A stretch of 64,000 nt of DNA from Labilithrix sp. (GCA_044227045.1 JBGAFW010000002.1:131457-195456); one strand, 5' to 3'. Shown: positions 8,801-17,805, numbered from the stretch's first letter. Notes: a model not told the origin generated them from the sequence alone. Program-made: numbers and translations.

Positions 8801-11363
8801 CCCTCGCGATCCCGCGTCGAGCTCGGCGCTCCGCAAGGCCTATGCGAACCGCGGCGACTGGCTCAGCGTCGTCGGCCTGATCGAGCGCGAGCTCCACACC
8901 GCCGAGAGCGATCTCGCGCGCGCACGCCTCTGGGCGGAGCTCGCGAAGGTGCACCACTCGCGCCTCGTCGATCCGCAGAAGGCGGAGACGGCCGCGAAGA
9001 AGGCGGGCGAGCTCGATCCTTCGAACGCCGACGCCGCGATGGTCATGGGCGATCTCGCCTTCGAGGGCGGTCGCATGATCGAAGCGTCGAAGTACTACGA
9101 GTCGCTCGTGTCACGCACGGCCGTGCTCGACAAGGAAGACGCCACGCGCGTGCTCGTCCGCTTCATCGAGGCGTTCGGCAAGACGCAGCCGCGTCCGTCG
9201 TCGGGTCAGCTCCCGTCGGGTCCGCTCTCGCAAGCGGGCGGTCTCGGCGACAGCGGTCCGGCGAGCGGGCAATGGGTCGGGGGAGGGCCGGCGAGCCAAG
9301 GACGCATCTCGGTCGTCCCGAGCTCGCCAGGCACCGTCCCGCCGCCGCCCGTCACGAACCCGCGCATGATGGCCGCGGTCGACGCGCTGAAGCAGCTCGC
9401 GCCGCAAGACGTCGACGCGCTCGCGCGCGCGGCCAACGCCCTCTTCGAGTTCGGTGATCCGAAGAGCGCCTACAGCATGCACGAGGACCTCTTCAAGAAG
9501 TACGGGTCCGTGCTCGCAGGCTCCGAGCGCGCCGAGGCGCTCTACCACCTCGGCGAGAGCGCGCGCCGCTCGGGCCACCTCGACGTCGCGATCGCTCCGC
9601 TCAAGGAAGCGACCGACCTCGATCCGTCGAACCCACGTCCGTATCGCTCGCTCGCGAAGGTGTACGACGAGAAGGGCGAGTGGCAGAGCGCCATCGCCGT
9701 GCGTCGCTCGCGCCTCCAGCTCGCGACTGGCAACGAGCGCTTCGAGCTCCTCCTCGAGATCGGCGACGTGCTCTTCGGCAAGATGAACGACCGCACGGCG
9801 GCGTCGAAGGCGTACACGCAGGCCCTCGAAGAGAAGCCGGACGACCGCAAGCTCCTCACGAAGCTGATGCAGCTCTACTCGGAGGAGAAGGACTGGGCGA
9901 AGCTCATCGACGTCGTGCTCCGCCTCGCCGACTTCGTCGAAGATCCCAAGCAGCGTGCAAAGTACATGCATACCGCGGCGACGATCGCGGCCAAGCACAC
10001 GAACGAGATCGACAAGGCGCTCGGCTTCTACAAGCGCGCCCTCGAGCTCGAGCCATCGAACGACAAGGCGCTCAACGAGGCGATCGAGCTCTATCGCCAG
10101 AAGGGTCGCCACGACGAGGTCGAGCATCTCCTCAAGACGCAGCTCGATCAGGCGAAGGTCGCGCAGGACCGTGACAAGATCGTCCGCGTCCTCGACAAGC
10201 TCGGCGAGCTCTACCAGAAGTTCCTGAACGAGCCCGATCTCGCGGTGGACGCGTTCGAGGCCGCGCAGGCCTTCGATCCGGAGGACCGCGCCCGCGCCGA
10301 GAAGCTCGCGGAGATCTACGCGAGCGATCCGAAGCAGTACCTCGACAAGGCGGTGCAAGCGCAGGCCGTCATCCTCCGCAAGAACCCGTACCGCGTGGAG
10401 AGCTACAAGCTCCTTCGCAAGCTCTTCACCGACGCCAAGCGCGCCGACCCGGCGTGGTGCTTGTGCCAGGCGCTCGCGATCCTTCGCCTGGCCGAGCCCG
10501 ACGAGGAGCGCTTCTACCGTAAGCACCGCAGCGAGAACGCGGCGCCTGCGCAGGCCACGTTCGACGACGACTGCTGGTCGAAGGTCGCGCACTGGGATCT
10601 CGACCCGCTCCTCACGCGCATCTTCGCGATGATCCAGCCCACGATCATGCGCACGCGCACGCAGCCGATCGAGCAGCTCGGCTACGACCCGCGCTACGCG
10701 CTCGACACGTCGATGCACCCGTACCCGGTGTCGCAGACGCTCTACTACGTGCAAGGCGTCCTCGCGATGCCGCCTCCGCTGGTCTTCCAGAACCCGAACG
10801 ACCCAGGCTCACTCGGCATCGTTCACGCACGCACGCCCGCGATCGTCCTCGGTCAGGCGGCGTTCGACAACACGATCCCGAACCAGTCGCTCGCGTTCAT
10901 CGCGGGCCGTCACCTCACGTCCTTCCGCCCGGGCTTCTACGTCCGTCACCTCGTGCCCACCGGCACGGGCCTCAAGGCGTGGATCTTCGCGGCGATCAAG
11001 CTGTGCGTCCCGCAGTTCCCCGTCTCGCCCGACCTCATGGGTCAGGTGAACGAGGCGATGCAGGCGCTCGCGCAGGACTTCCAAGGCGGCGAGAAGGACA
11101 AGCTCGCGAGCGCGGTCTCGAAGCTCCTTCAGGCGGGCGGCGCGCTCGACCTCAAGAAGTGGGTCGCCGCGATCGACCTCACCGCCGATCGCGTCGGCTT
11201 CCTCCTCGCGCACGATCTCCAGCTCACCACCGAGGTCATTCGCTCGACCGAAGAGGCGACCAGCGTCGCCGTCAAAGAACGCATGAAGGACATCGTCCTC
11301 TTCTCGGTGAGCGAGGAGTACTTCGCGCTTCGCCAGAAGCTGTCGATCACCGTCGACGCGTGA
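5859..11363 (+). CDS. Serine/threonine protein kinase with very long C-terminal TPR-repeat region (1834 aa)
   Basis: Hanks kinase motifs HGDLKTENVLV, DFGS and APE, with a Lys in VYQAVRK context. About 90 aa of N-terminal non-kinase domain. More than 1000 aa of TPR-like helical repeats (A..Y..AL..DP.N...). Confidence 0.9.
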   Translation: MNPTIDIVRGELERLFTLEEMTKMSERLLGLAPDEVGGASAKGSFALALTERCFDGDRIDALVDVILHSRKEVDPRVRDIVALLGKEDLPAGRQLGDFTIQKKIGESDLGIVYQAVRKDGGASATYSLKVLRREASRDRRAVHRFLTANRLVGTVDHPGLPRHLEAGEIEPGVFYVAYQYIDAQALSARLARTGPVAYAELRPILRGILEPLAAVHKAHLVHGDLKTENVLVSVRSGDSKDVSVCLIDFGSDRLRNRSVAANGHTGLLAVFGSPKTVAPEIVRGRSADPKSDVYAFGAVLYELLTGKAVFHAESATDAAFAHLSHEPEPPSHRAPRGWVTKDVDAFVLALLQKDPARRPKDAGAVLDALDSIGRASATMKAAGGIAPEKVQQLIDKVLQDPSDLEVALTLEHAVDQGADAIRVGEAFAASAAQVRGASDDEIETKKTLLFRAARIFDGAGRDKAKAEQMYAAIVELDPQDDIALVALEEARKALGKYEELVEMLLEKSQSAPPGEERGRALAEIGRLYATELEDPEQAALAFTQALCEEPSNDEYAAEVERLCGSNHATWGEHLGTINETLKSGALAPADYTALMARAARWYETKLGRADMALAAYQQVLAGDPANEGAAEGMTGIYRRAQQWPELVSVLMARADVAASAPKARDLRSEAAEILETRLNDMARARDIFMTVLSDDPGHAKACDAMARIAERTGDFMTLAQVLERRAEARRGMEKAEALAKVAEVYEDHLNDLNEATRRFEAVLAIDPSNLNALKGLDRIFNRTGKYRELLEVLERQIEVAATPRQKINLYERVAGLHDEEFLNHEAAAEALEQILTIDGSHDGALSALARHYRALEKWEPVAALYEKHASVTSDPSRRIDLLLARARTLAEQIGSPDRATKTYEQVLAINPSHAGALEALAQLREMSGDSHAALSAIEALAMKAATPEAKCEQWMRAARLLESRGDKDGAIERYKLALDANPRDPASSSALRKAYANRGDWLSVVGLIERELHTAESDLARARLWAELAKVHHSRLVDPQKAETAAKKAGELDPSNADAAMVMGDLAFEGGRMIEASKYYESLVSRTAVLDKEDATRVLVRFIEAFGKTQPRPSSGQLPSGPLSQAGGLGDSGPASGQWVGGGPASQGRISVVPSSPGTVPPPPVTNPRMMAAVDALKQLAPQDVDALARAANALFEFGDPKSAYSMHEDLFKKYGSVLAGSERAEALYHLGESARRSGHLDVAIAPLKEATDLDPSNPRPYRSLAKVYDEKGEWQSAIAVRRSRLQLATGNERFELLLEIGDVLFGKMNDRTAASKAYTQALEEKPDDRKLLTKLMQLYSEEKDWAKLIDVVLRLADFVEDPKQRAKYMHTAATIAAKHTNEIDKALGFYKRALELEPSNDKALNEAIELYRQKGRHDEVEHLLKTQLDQAKVAQDRDKIVRVLDKLGELYQKFLNEPDLAVDAFEAAQAFDPEDRARAEKLAEIYASDPKQYLDKAVQAQAVILRKNPYRVESYKLLRKLFTDAKRADPAWCLCQALAILRLAEPDEERFYRKHRSENAAPAQATFDDDCWSKVAHWDLDPLLTRIFAMIQPTIMRTRTQPIEQLGYDPRYALDTSMHPYPVSQTLYYVQGVLAMPPPLVFQNPNDPGSLGIVHARTPAIVLGQAAFDNTIPNQSLAFIAGRHLTSFRPGFYVRHLVPTGTGLKAWIFAAIKLCVPQFPVSPDLMGQVNEAMQALAQDFQGGEKDKLASAVSKLLQAGGALDLKKWVAAIDLTADRVGFLLAHDLQLTTEVIRSTEEATSVAVKERMKDIVLFSVSEEYFALRQKLSITVDA

Positions 11364-12431
11364 TCACGAGAAGGGCCGCTCGCCGCGGTAGCGCGCGGCG
11401 ACGGCCTCTTTCAGCTCACGAACGTTGCCAGGCCAGGCGTATCCGTCGAAGCGGGGCATGAAGTCCGGCAAGAGATCGGCCGCGCCTGCGATCGGCTCCT
11501 TCTCGTAGTGCGCCGCCCAGAACGCGTGCGCGAGCACCTCGACGTCGCCCAGGCGCTCGCGAAGCGGCGGGATCGTCACGTAGCCCGGCAGCAAGCGCTG
11601 GAGGACCTCGTCGTCGAGGCGACCCTTCTCGACCTCGCGATCGAGGTTGCGTGACGTCGCGAAGACGAAGCGCGGCTGATCGGGCAGATCGAACGCGAGG
11701 ATGACGAGCTTCTGGACGAGCGACGAGAGCGACGCGATCTCGTCGATGAAGAGGGTGCCGCCTGCGGCCTTCGCCACCGCGCCGTTCTTGCCGAACAGCC
11801 GCTCTTCTTGTGCGTCGGCGGGCATGCCGTTCATCTGAACGCCCACGAAGGGTCGCAGCGCGCGTGGTCCAAGCGCGTGGAGCTCTTCGGCGAAGAGGTG
11901 CTTGCCGACGCCGGTCTCGCCTTCGACGAGGATCGGCGTGTCGCTCGAGGCGAGCCGGGCCAGCGTCGCGTACAGCCGGCGCATCACGGGGCTCTCGCCG
12001 AGCATGCGACCGAACGACATGTCTGCGTCGGCGTCCGAGCGCTCGAGCCGGCGGTCGGCGCGCCGGCGATCGCGCGTGACCGAGATGACCGTGCTCTTGC
12101 CGATCTTGATCTTCTCGCCCCCGCGGAGGATCGCCTCGCGGACGGAGACGTCGTTCACGATGGTCTCGCTCGCGCTGAGGCTCGTCACGAGGAGCTGCCC
12201 GTCCACGACGCGAAACGCGCAGTGCCGGCGCGCGAGGGTCGGGTCGGCGAGCTTCAGGTTGCAGAGCGTGCCCGTGCCGACCAGCACCGGCTCGAGCGGA
12301 TCGATCTCGAGGGAGACACCGACCTTTCGGTTCTCGACCACCGAGAGCGTGTAGGTGTCGATCAGCTCACCGCCCGTTGAGCCTCCACCCACGCGGATCG
12401 ACGATGCAGAAGGCGCTTCTTTCGGATTCAT
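11364..12431 (-). CDS. FHA-domain plus sigma-54-interaction-type AAA+ protein (EBP-like). No C-terminal HTH and degenerate GAFTGA. Start probably MNPKEAP at ~12431 (ORF extends to 12509)
   Basis: N-terminal FHA features (GR...C.L.D..VSR.H). Walker A GETGVGK, Walker B TLFIDEI, and the WPGNVREL motif close to the C-terminus. The GAFTGA position reads GKNGAVAKA. The stop codon abuts the kinase stop codon (tga/tca at 11361-11366). Confidence 0.85.
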   Translation of the reverse strand: MNPKEAPSASSIRVGGGSTGGELIDTYTLSVVENRKVGVSLEIDPLEPVLVGTGTLCNLKLADPTLARRHCAFRVVDGQLLVTSLSASETIVNDVSVREAILRGGEKIKIGKSTVISVTRDRRRADRRLERSDADADMSFGRMLGESPVMRRLYATLARLASSDTPILVEGETGVGKHLFAEELHALGPRALRPFVGVQMNGMPADAQEERLFGKNGAVAKAAGGTLFIDEIASLSSLVQKLVILAFDLPDQPRFVFATSRNLDREVEKGRLDDEVLQRLLPGYVTIPPLRERLGDVEVLAHAFWAAHYEKEPIAGAADLLPDFMPRFDGYAWPGNVRELKEAVAARYRGERPFS

Positions 12432-12446
12432 GGCACCGGGGCTGCG
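12431..12446 (+). promoter_or_regulatory. Candidate sigma-54 (-24/-12) promoter element TGGCAC-N5-CTGC
   Basis: Sequence tggcaccggggctgcg has GG and GC spaced as in the TGGCACG-N4-TTGCW consensus. It lies ~200 bp upstream of the + strand gene at 12647 and overlaps the start codon of the divergent FHA-AAA+ gene. Confidence 0.25.
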
Positions 12447-12646
12447 ATTCGTAGCATGACGATGCCCACCCTGGGACTGAGTCCCGTGGGCAGCAAGTCC
12501 AAGCGCCAAGACGAGATGGACGACCGAGATACCAGGTGTTGCGCAATTCGAGCGACTCCAAGCGGTGATGGCCAGGAGACGCGGAAAAGATCCGTCTTCT
12601 TATTTTTGTCTGAAGAGCTGAGCCATGTCATCCGTCCGAGTGACCG

Positions 12647-13294
12647 ATGATGAAGCGCCCACTCTCATCGATTCCCGCTCCCGAAAGTGCCCCCGCGAGC
12701 CGAGCCCGGCTCCACGACCTCTCGAGCGAGATCGTCGAGATCCGCCGGGCGATGCCGTCGTCCTCCGTCGCCGTCGCGAGCGATGCGCTCGACGACGAGA
12801 TCGTGCCGTCCACGATGCCGACCGGTGGGTGGGCACGGATGGCGGGTGTGCTGACCGAGATGGCGCTTCACCATGTCGTCGTCGGAGAGCGTGATGCGGC
12901 GCGGCGCGCAGCCGTCGACGCGCTCCTCCTCATCGACATGATCGAAGAAGAGGTCGCGCGCGCCGAGCTCTGTCTTACGCTCGGCGAGGTCCTCCTCGAG
13001 ATCCACGAGGCGCATCGCGCGCGGGAGCGCTTCGAGGCCGCGATCGCGACGTTCGACGAGCGAAAGCTCCTCGCGTCGGCGGCGCAGGCGCGCGTCGGGC
13101 TCGCGCGCGCGCTCACGATGCTGAAGGATCCGGTCGCGCGCGCCATCCTCGAAGACGCCGGGACGGCGTTCGAGGAGCTCGGCAACGACGCCGCCGCCCG
13201 CGCGATCGACGTCGAGCTTCGCGAGGTCGAAGCGGAGCTCGAAGAGTCGCCGAGGTCGTTCCAAGCGACATCCGCGACCTACCGTCGCCGCTGA
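12647..13294 (+). CDS. Hypothetical protein (helical, TPR-like?)
   Basis: 215-aa ORF with GC-typical codon usage; no recognisable motif. Confidence 0.45.
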   Translation: MMKRPLSSIPAPESAPASRARLHDLSSEIVEIRRAMPSSSVAVASDALDDEIVPSTMPTGGWARMAGVLTEMALHHVVVGERDAARRAAVDALLLIDMIEEEVARAELCLTLGEVLLEIHEAHRARERFEAAIATFDERKLLASAAQARVGLARALTMLKDPVARAILEDAGTAFEELGNDAAARAIDVELREVEAELEESPRSFQATSATYRRR

Positions 13295-13322
13295 CGTATC
13301 GCCAAGCTCCGCTAACGCGCCG

Positions 13323-13721
13323 TCAGCACTTGTACGCGGTGACCCGGCACGCGCCGTCGCGGCACACCGGCGCATGCTCACCGTCTTTGCACGGCTTGAA
13401 CTTCTTGCCGCGCATGTTCTTCGGTCGCGCGATCGGCTGCCGGTCTTCGCCGACCCAGCAGTCCTCCACCGAGGTGCACGCGATGTCCGGCGCCGCGGAC
13501 GCGGACGCTACCGGCGGAGGAGGAGGCGAGGGCGGAGCGGACGCCGGCGTCATGGGCGCTGCCGCTGCGGACGCCGGCGCGATCGGAGGCACGTCGAGGA
13601 TCGCCGCCGACGCCGAGGGCGCGGGCGTGCTCTGCGGCGCGCGCGACGACGAGCAAGCGCCCGCCATCGCGATCGCGACGAGCGCGAGGCCCGCGCCGAG
13701 GATTCTTCGCGCCGCAGGCAT
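13323..13721 (-). CDS. Small secreted lipoprotein with Cys-rich C-terminal module (start at MPAARR)
   Basis: Signal peptide with lipobox (IAMAGACSSS), a Pro/Ala-rich linker, and C-terminal DCWVGED...CKDGEHAPVCRDGACRVTAYKC. The last gene of the fadL-lipase operon. Confidence 0.55.
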   Translation of the reverse strand: MPAARRILGAGLALVAIAMAGACSSSRAPQSTPAPSASAAILDVPPIAPASAAAAPMTPASAPPSPPPPPVASASAAPDIACTSVEDCWVGEDRQPIARPKNMRGKKFKPCKDGEHAPVCRDGACRVTAYKC

Positions 13722-13726
13722 CGCGA

Positions 13727-15256
13727 TCAGTCGTTCGGAGGCGGCGTCGAGCAGGTCGTCGCGACGGCCGTCTCGTTCGCGGGGCATGCCCCGGGCGCTG
13801 CGCCGCCGAGCGTGAGGCTCGCGATCCAATCGCCGACGCGCTCACCCTGGTAGTCGATGATCGATCCGTGGCCGGCCTCGGGCTCGACGCAGACGGTGAG
13901 GTTGACCGCGTCCGACTTGAGTCGCTCGAGCGCGCACGCCATGCGACCCGGATCGATCGTCGTGTCCTTGCCTCCGTAGAGGAGATAGATCGGGATCTTC
14001 GCGGCGCTGCCCGTGAGGTGCGGGCGGTCGGCGGAGTAACGCGCGATCCACTTCTTGCAGACCTCGTCGGTGGCGGGGCATGCCTGCCCGAGCGCCGAGG
14101 GGTTGCCGATCGACGTCGGGAAGGTGTCGACGAAGAGCTCGTACGCGAACTTCGTGCTCGCCGCGAGATCGGTGAACTCGCCCCAGCACTGCTCGTCGAC
14201 GAACTTCTTCACGACAGCCTGCTTGTCGGCCTTGAACAGCTTGATGCCTTCGCCCGGGCCATCGAGCAGCTCGGCCTGCGTGTAGTGGTACCAAACGCTG
14301 ATGCCGCTCGGGTAATCGAGCTTCGCGATCGTGTAGTCGCGATCGTTGGCGATGCCAGGCTCGAGCAATGCGCCCCACGAGCGCTGGCTGAGCCAGAGCG
14401 GCGCGTACGTCGCGACGCCGACCACGGTGCCCTGCGCGCCGTAGGTGTCGACGAGCGAGAGCGCGGCGAGCGCGCTGTGACCACCTTGCGAGTGCCCGAC
14501 GATGACCGTCTTGTCGTCGAGCTGCGGGTAGAGCTGCTTCAGCGCGCGGCTGCCGTCGAGCGTGGACTTGCCGACGTCGGCGGCTTGCGCGTACGCGCTC
14601 GGCGGGTTGTTCGCGGCTCCGAAATTCGCGTAGCCGGCGAGGTCGGGGACGATCACGGCGTAGCCGTTGCCGACGAGCGTGTACGTCAAGCGGTACGCGT
14701 CGTCGTTGATGCCGCTGAGGGCCGGATCGAATTTCGACACCGCGCAGCGAGCGGCCTGTCCTCGGCTGCCGCGCGCCGCGACGACGATCGGGAGCTTCTC
14801 TGCGCGCTGCACGAGCGGGACGTAGACGAGCGCGCTCGAGTAGCCGGGCGTGTTCTTCGTGTCACCGCGCGTCGTGCGGTAGACGACTTTGTACACGTGC
14901 GCGCCGCTCGTGAGCGGCTTGCCCTTGTAGCCGATGCGCGTGAGCTCGGCTTGCATCGCCTCCTTCGTGAGGTCCGCGCCTTTGCTGCACTTCAGGATCT
15001 TGCCGCGCGAGGCGTCGTCGGTGGGCACGGCGCCAGGGTCGCCGTAGATCGCGGCGTCGGCGTCGGCGCAGGCGACGGCCGGATCACCAAGCGGCGCGGC
15101 CCCCGTCGGGCTGTCGCTGCCGGTCCCCGTGTCGGTGCCGCCGTCGGTGCCCGGCGTCGTGTTGTTCGTGCCGTCGTCGTCGTCTCCACAACCTGGAGCG
15201 AACGCCGCGAGCGAAGCCACCGCGAGAGCAGAAGCGATCCCAAGAATGCGTTTCAT
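13727..15256 (-). CDS. Secreted lipase/esterase lipoprotein (alpha/beta hydrolase, secretory-lipase-like)
   Basis: Signal peptide with lipobox (FAPGCGDD). Nucleophile elbow GHSQGG. 509 aa. Confidence 0.8.
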   Translation of the reverse strand: MKRILGIASALAVASLAAFAPGCGDDDDGTNNTTPGTDGGTDTGTGSDSPTGAAPLGDPAVACADADAAIYGDPGAVPTDDASRGKILKCSKGADLTKEAMQAELTRIGYKGKPLTSGAHVYKVVYRTTRGDTKNTPGYSSALVYVPLVQRAEKLPIVVAARGSRGQAARCAVSKFDPALSGINDDAYRLTYTLVGNGYAVIVPDLAGYANFGAANNPPSAYAQAADVGKSTLDGSRALKQLYPQLDDKTVIVGHSQGGHSALAALSLVDTYGAQGTVVGVATYAPLWLSQRSWGALLEPGIANDRDYTIAKLDYPSGISVWYHYTQAELLDGPGEGIKLFKADKQAVVKKFVDEQCWGEFTDLAASTKFAYELFVDTFPTSIGNPSALGQACPATDEVCKKWIARYSADRPHLTGSAAKIPIYLLYGGKDTTIDPGRMACALERLKSDAVNLTVCVEPEAGHGSIIDYQGERVGDWIASLTLGGAAPGACPANETAVATTCSTPPPND

Positions 15257-15336
15257 GGCAATACCTCGTAAAGAGCCTGCAGAATTTTGCAGGTGTCGCG
15301 ATCGGTCGGTCGGTCGAAGACCAGCGATCGAGCCGC

Positions 15337-16776
15337 TCAGAAAGTATAGGCGACGTTCAGGTTCAGGAAGCCAATCTGCGAGGTGTACTTGCCGTCGGAG
15401 CTTGGCGATTGCGACGGCTTGGCGAGCTCGTCAAAGCGGTTCGCGCCCTTGGTGTCGACCGGGAGAAAGTAAATGTGGGTGTAGTTCGCGCCCAGCGCGA
15501 GGTGCTTCGACACGTTGTAGCGCGCGCCGAGGTTGAAATAGAGCCGGAAGCTGTCGATCGTCGACGCGTCGATCTGCGCCTTCGGCACAGCCGATGTCGT
15601 GAAGGCCAAGCTTCCGCCAACCTCGAGCTGCTCGTTCAGGAAGTACCCGACGCCGGCGCGGTAACCCCAGGCGTTGTTCCAGTTGCGGGGGATGTTGATG
15701 ACGACGTCGGTGTTCCCGTTGAGCGCGCTCCCGTCGTCGTTGACGGCGCAGTTGGCGCCCTTGACGACCACGCACTGGCGCTCGAACACGCTCCACCGAA
15801 CGAACTCGCCGTCGGTCCGCACCTCCAGCTTGTCGTTCATGAGCCGGAAGGCCGCACCAAGCCGAATGATGTCGGGGTAGGCCTGGAGGAAGTCGATGTC
15901 TTGCGTGACGTCGTTCGTGCCCGAGCGACCTTCGAGCTTTCCCGTCATGCGTGTGGTCCCGAAGCCCGGCTGGCTGAGATACGCCGCGCCGACGCGCACA
16001 CCGCCGTCTTTCGTCTGCCAGTACACACCGCCGGTCGCTTGAAGGTTGAAGCCGGTGCCGTCGAGGTACGAGCGACCTTCCTTGAGCGAGCCGTTGGCGA
16101 ACTCGATCTCGTCGCTGTCGTCGGCGGTTCGCGCGCGGACGGTCGCGACGTGATGGATGACTGGGCTGATGCTCGCGCCGAGGGAGAGGCCGGTGTCTCC
16201 AACGACGTACGCGAACGCGAAGGTGTTGTAGACGGCGAGGATCTGACCGCTGATGTTGTGCCAGCGCTGAACGCCGTCCGACGAGCCGATCGCCTCGGGG
16301 ATGCCGCGCTTGCGGTCCCAGTTCGCGAGACCACCGAACGGGATGTACACGGCGTATCCGGCGCGAAGGCTCTTCGTCCCGAAGTCGGTGTTCACCCCTG
16401 CAAAGGGCAACGCAAGGAGGTTCAGGAGGTTCGCGTCACCAGTGTTTGCTTTGACGTACTTCTCATCCGCAAGCAGGCGTTCTCGCGCGCCTGGTGTGGG
16501 GGAGAGCGCGTCGGCTGTGCGCTTGTAATGAGCCTGACGGAGGGCGAGGGAAAGGTCGCCGGTGATCGTCGTCCCGGTGGTCCCTCCGAGCGCGGCCGGG
16601 TTGAAGTAGACCGCATACCCGTTCGGCATCATCGGCGCGCCTTGATCGCCGCCAAACCGAGCCGTCAGGTAGCCGCTCGCTTCGGCGTCACCATGCGCGA
16701 GCATGGCGCCACCAAAGGCGAGGCTAGGAACGAGAAAGCGAAAGAGCTTGAGGGAAAGGTTCGTCGAAGTGGGCAT
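15337..16776 (-). CDS. FadL/TodX-family outer-membrane long-chain fatty acid / hydrophobic compound transporter (start MPTSTN)
   Basis: Signal peptide, N-terminal hatch motif YFNPAAL (NPA), alternating beta-strand pattern, C-terminal ...NVAYTF ending in Phe. Confidence 0.75.
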   Translation of the reverse strand: MPTSTNLSLKLFRFLVPSLAFGGAMLAHGDAEASGYLTARFGGDQGAPMMPNGYAVYFNPAALGGTTGTTITGDLSLALRQAHYKRTADALSPTPGARERLLADEKYVKANTGDANLLNLLALPFAGVNTDFGTKSLRAGYAVYIPFGGLANWDRKRGIPEAIGSSDGVQRWHNISGQILAVYNTFAFAYVVGDTGLSLGASISPVIHHVATVRARTADDSDEIEFANGSLKEGRSYLDGTGFNLQATGGVYWQTKDGGVRVGAAYLSQPGFGTTRMTGKLEGRSGTNDVTQDIDFLQAYPDIIRLGAAFRLMNDKLEVRTDGEFVRWSVFERQCVVVKGANCAVNDDGSALNGNTDVVINIPRNWNNAWGYRAGVGYFLNEQLEVGGSLAFTTSAVPKAQIDASTIDSFRLYFNLGARYNVSKHLALGANYTHIYFLPVDTKGANRFDELAKPSQSPSSDGKYTSQIGFLNLNVAYTF

Positions 16777-17046
16777 CGATGGCGGGCCGAGACTACAACG
16801 CGAACGCTGGCGAGCGCACGCAAAACACCGCTCTCCAGACGGTCTCAACGAGCGGCCTGTCGTCCTGCGTCAAACGATGCCGCTCGCGCTCGTGACGCAT
16901 GCGACTTCCCTTCGTTGGCATGCGGGACTGGTGCAAACCCCAACACGGTGGAACGCGAGGCGGCCCCGCCTCCGCCGGAGCGTCTCCTCGCCAACTCCGC
17001 GCAGTGCTTGCTTGCGTCTTTTCGGACCGCTGTCTATGCCTACGCT

Positions 17047-17805
17047 ATGGCTTTTGCACTTCGCCGGTCCAAGCAACACACGCTCGTTCGCGGCATCTTG
17101 ATCACGGTCGCTCTGGGCAGCTTAGGCCTGATCTCGCTCGCCACGGGCAGCACGGCGTGCATCCCGGATCCGAAGGGCGACTTCCAAGACTTCAAGGACC
17201 GCACAGCAAACCTCGGCACCGCGCCGACGGACACCGCGTCACCGAGCGACGCGGCGCCGATCGACTCGAAGCCACCGGAGACCGCAGTCGAAGGTCTGTA
17301 CGCCGGCATCTGCGTGACCTCGCTCGCGGCGGGCGATCCGGAACAAGCGCTGCGCTTCTACACCGAGACCAAGTACACGCCCAACAGCGCCAATCCAAAC
17401 ACGGGAACTCTCATCCTCACCGTGACACCGCTGGTTGGCTGGGACGTCGCCACGGGCGCCTACCTGGTGCCAACGACGTTCTCGAAGTCTCAGACGCGAG
17501 GCAACCCGATCGCCGTACCGGAGATCAACGTGGAGGCGACGGGTCGCTTCACGGCAAAGCTCGGGACCGTGAACTTGGCTGCTGAAGCCAACAGCGTGAG
17601 CGGCCGGACCGCGGTCATCGAGAACACCGTCTTGGACGGTCTCTTCAGCGCTGGCGATCGGTTCTGCTCAACCCTTGCAGGTGAGCTGACCGTGCCCTAT
17701 CGCTCCCCTTTCGATCCGAAGCAGAACACATGCCTCTTCGTTCGCGCGAAGGAAGGGGATGCCTTCCCAAAGATTCCTGCGAACGAATTCACCTGTAAGT
17801 TTTGA
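17047..17805 (+). CDS. Hypothetical lipoprotein
   Basis: MAFALRR... signal peptide with lipobox LATGSTAC. The 5' 1.6 kb of the ORF-track entry 15409..17805 is antisense to fadL and was rejected. Confidence 0.6.
   Translation: MAFALRRSKQHTLVRGILITVALGSLGLISLATGSTACIPDPKGDFQDFKDRTANLGTAPTDTASPSDAAPIDSKPPETAVEGLYAGICVTSLAAGDPEQALRFYTETKYTPNSANPNTGTLILTVTPLVGWDVATGAYLVPTTFSKSQTRGNPIAVPEINVEATGRFTAKLGTVNLAAEANSVSGRTAVIENTVLDGLFSAGDRFCSTLAGELTVPYRSPFDPKQNTCLFVRAKEGDAFPKIPANEFTCKF

Noticed and set aside
5829-8957. 1042-aa ORF on the minus strand (and 9111..10754, 547 aa)
   Set aside because: Both are antisense to the Ser/Thr kinase-TPR gene. They are Arg/Ala/Leu/Glu-rich with no motifs. The + strand carries clear Hanks kinase motifs.
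15409-17046. 5' 1.6 kb of the 798-aa + strand ORF
   Set aside because: Antisense to the FadL gene and Arg/Val/Asp-rich. Only the 3' 759 bp, starting at MAFALRR with a lipobox, behaves like a gene.
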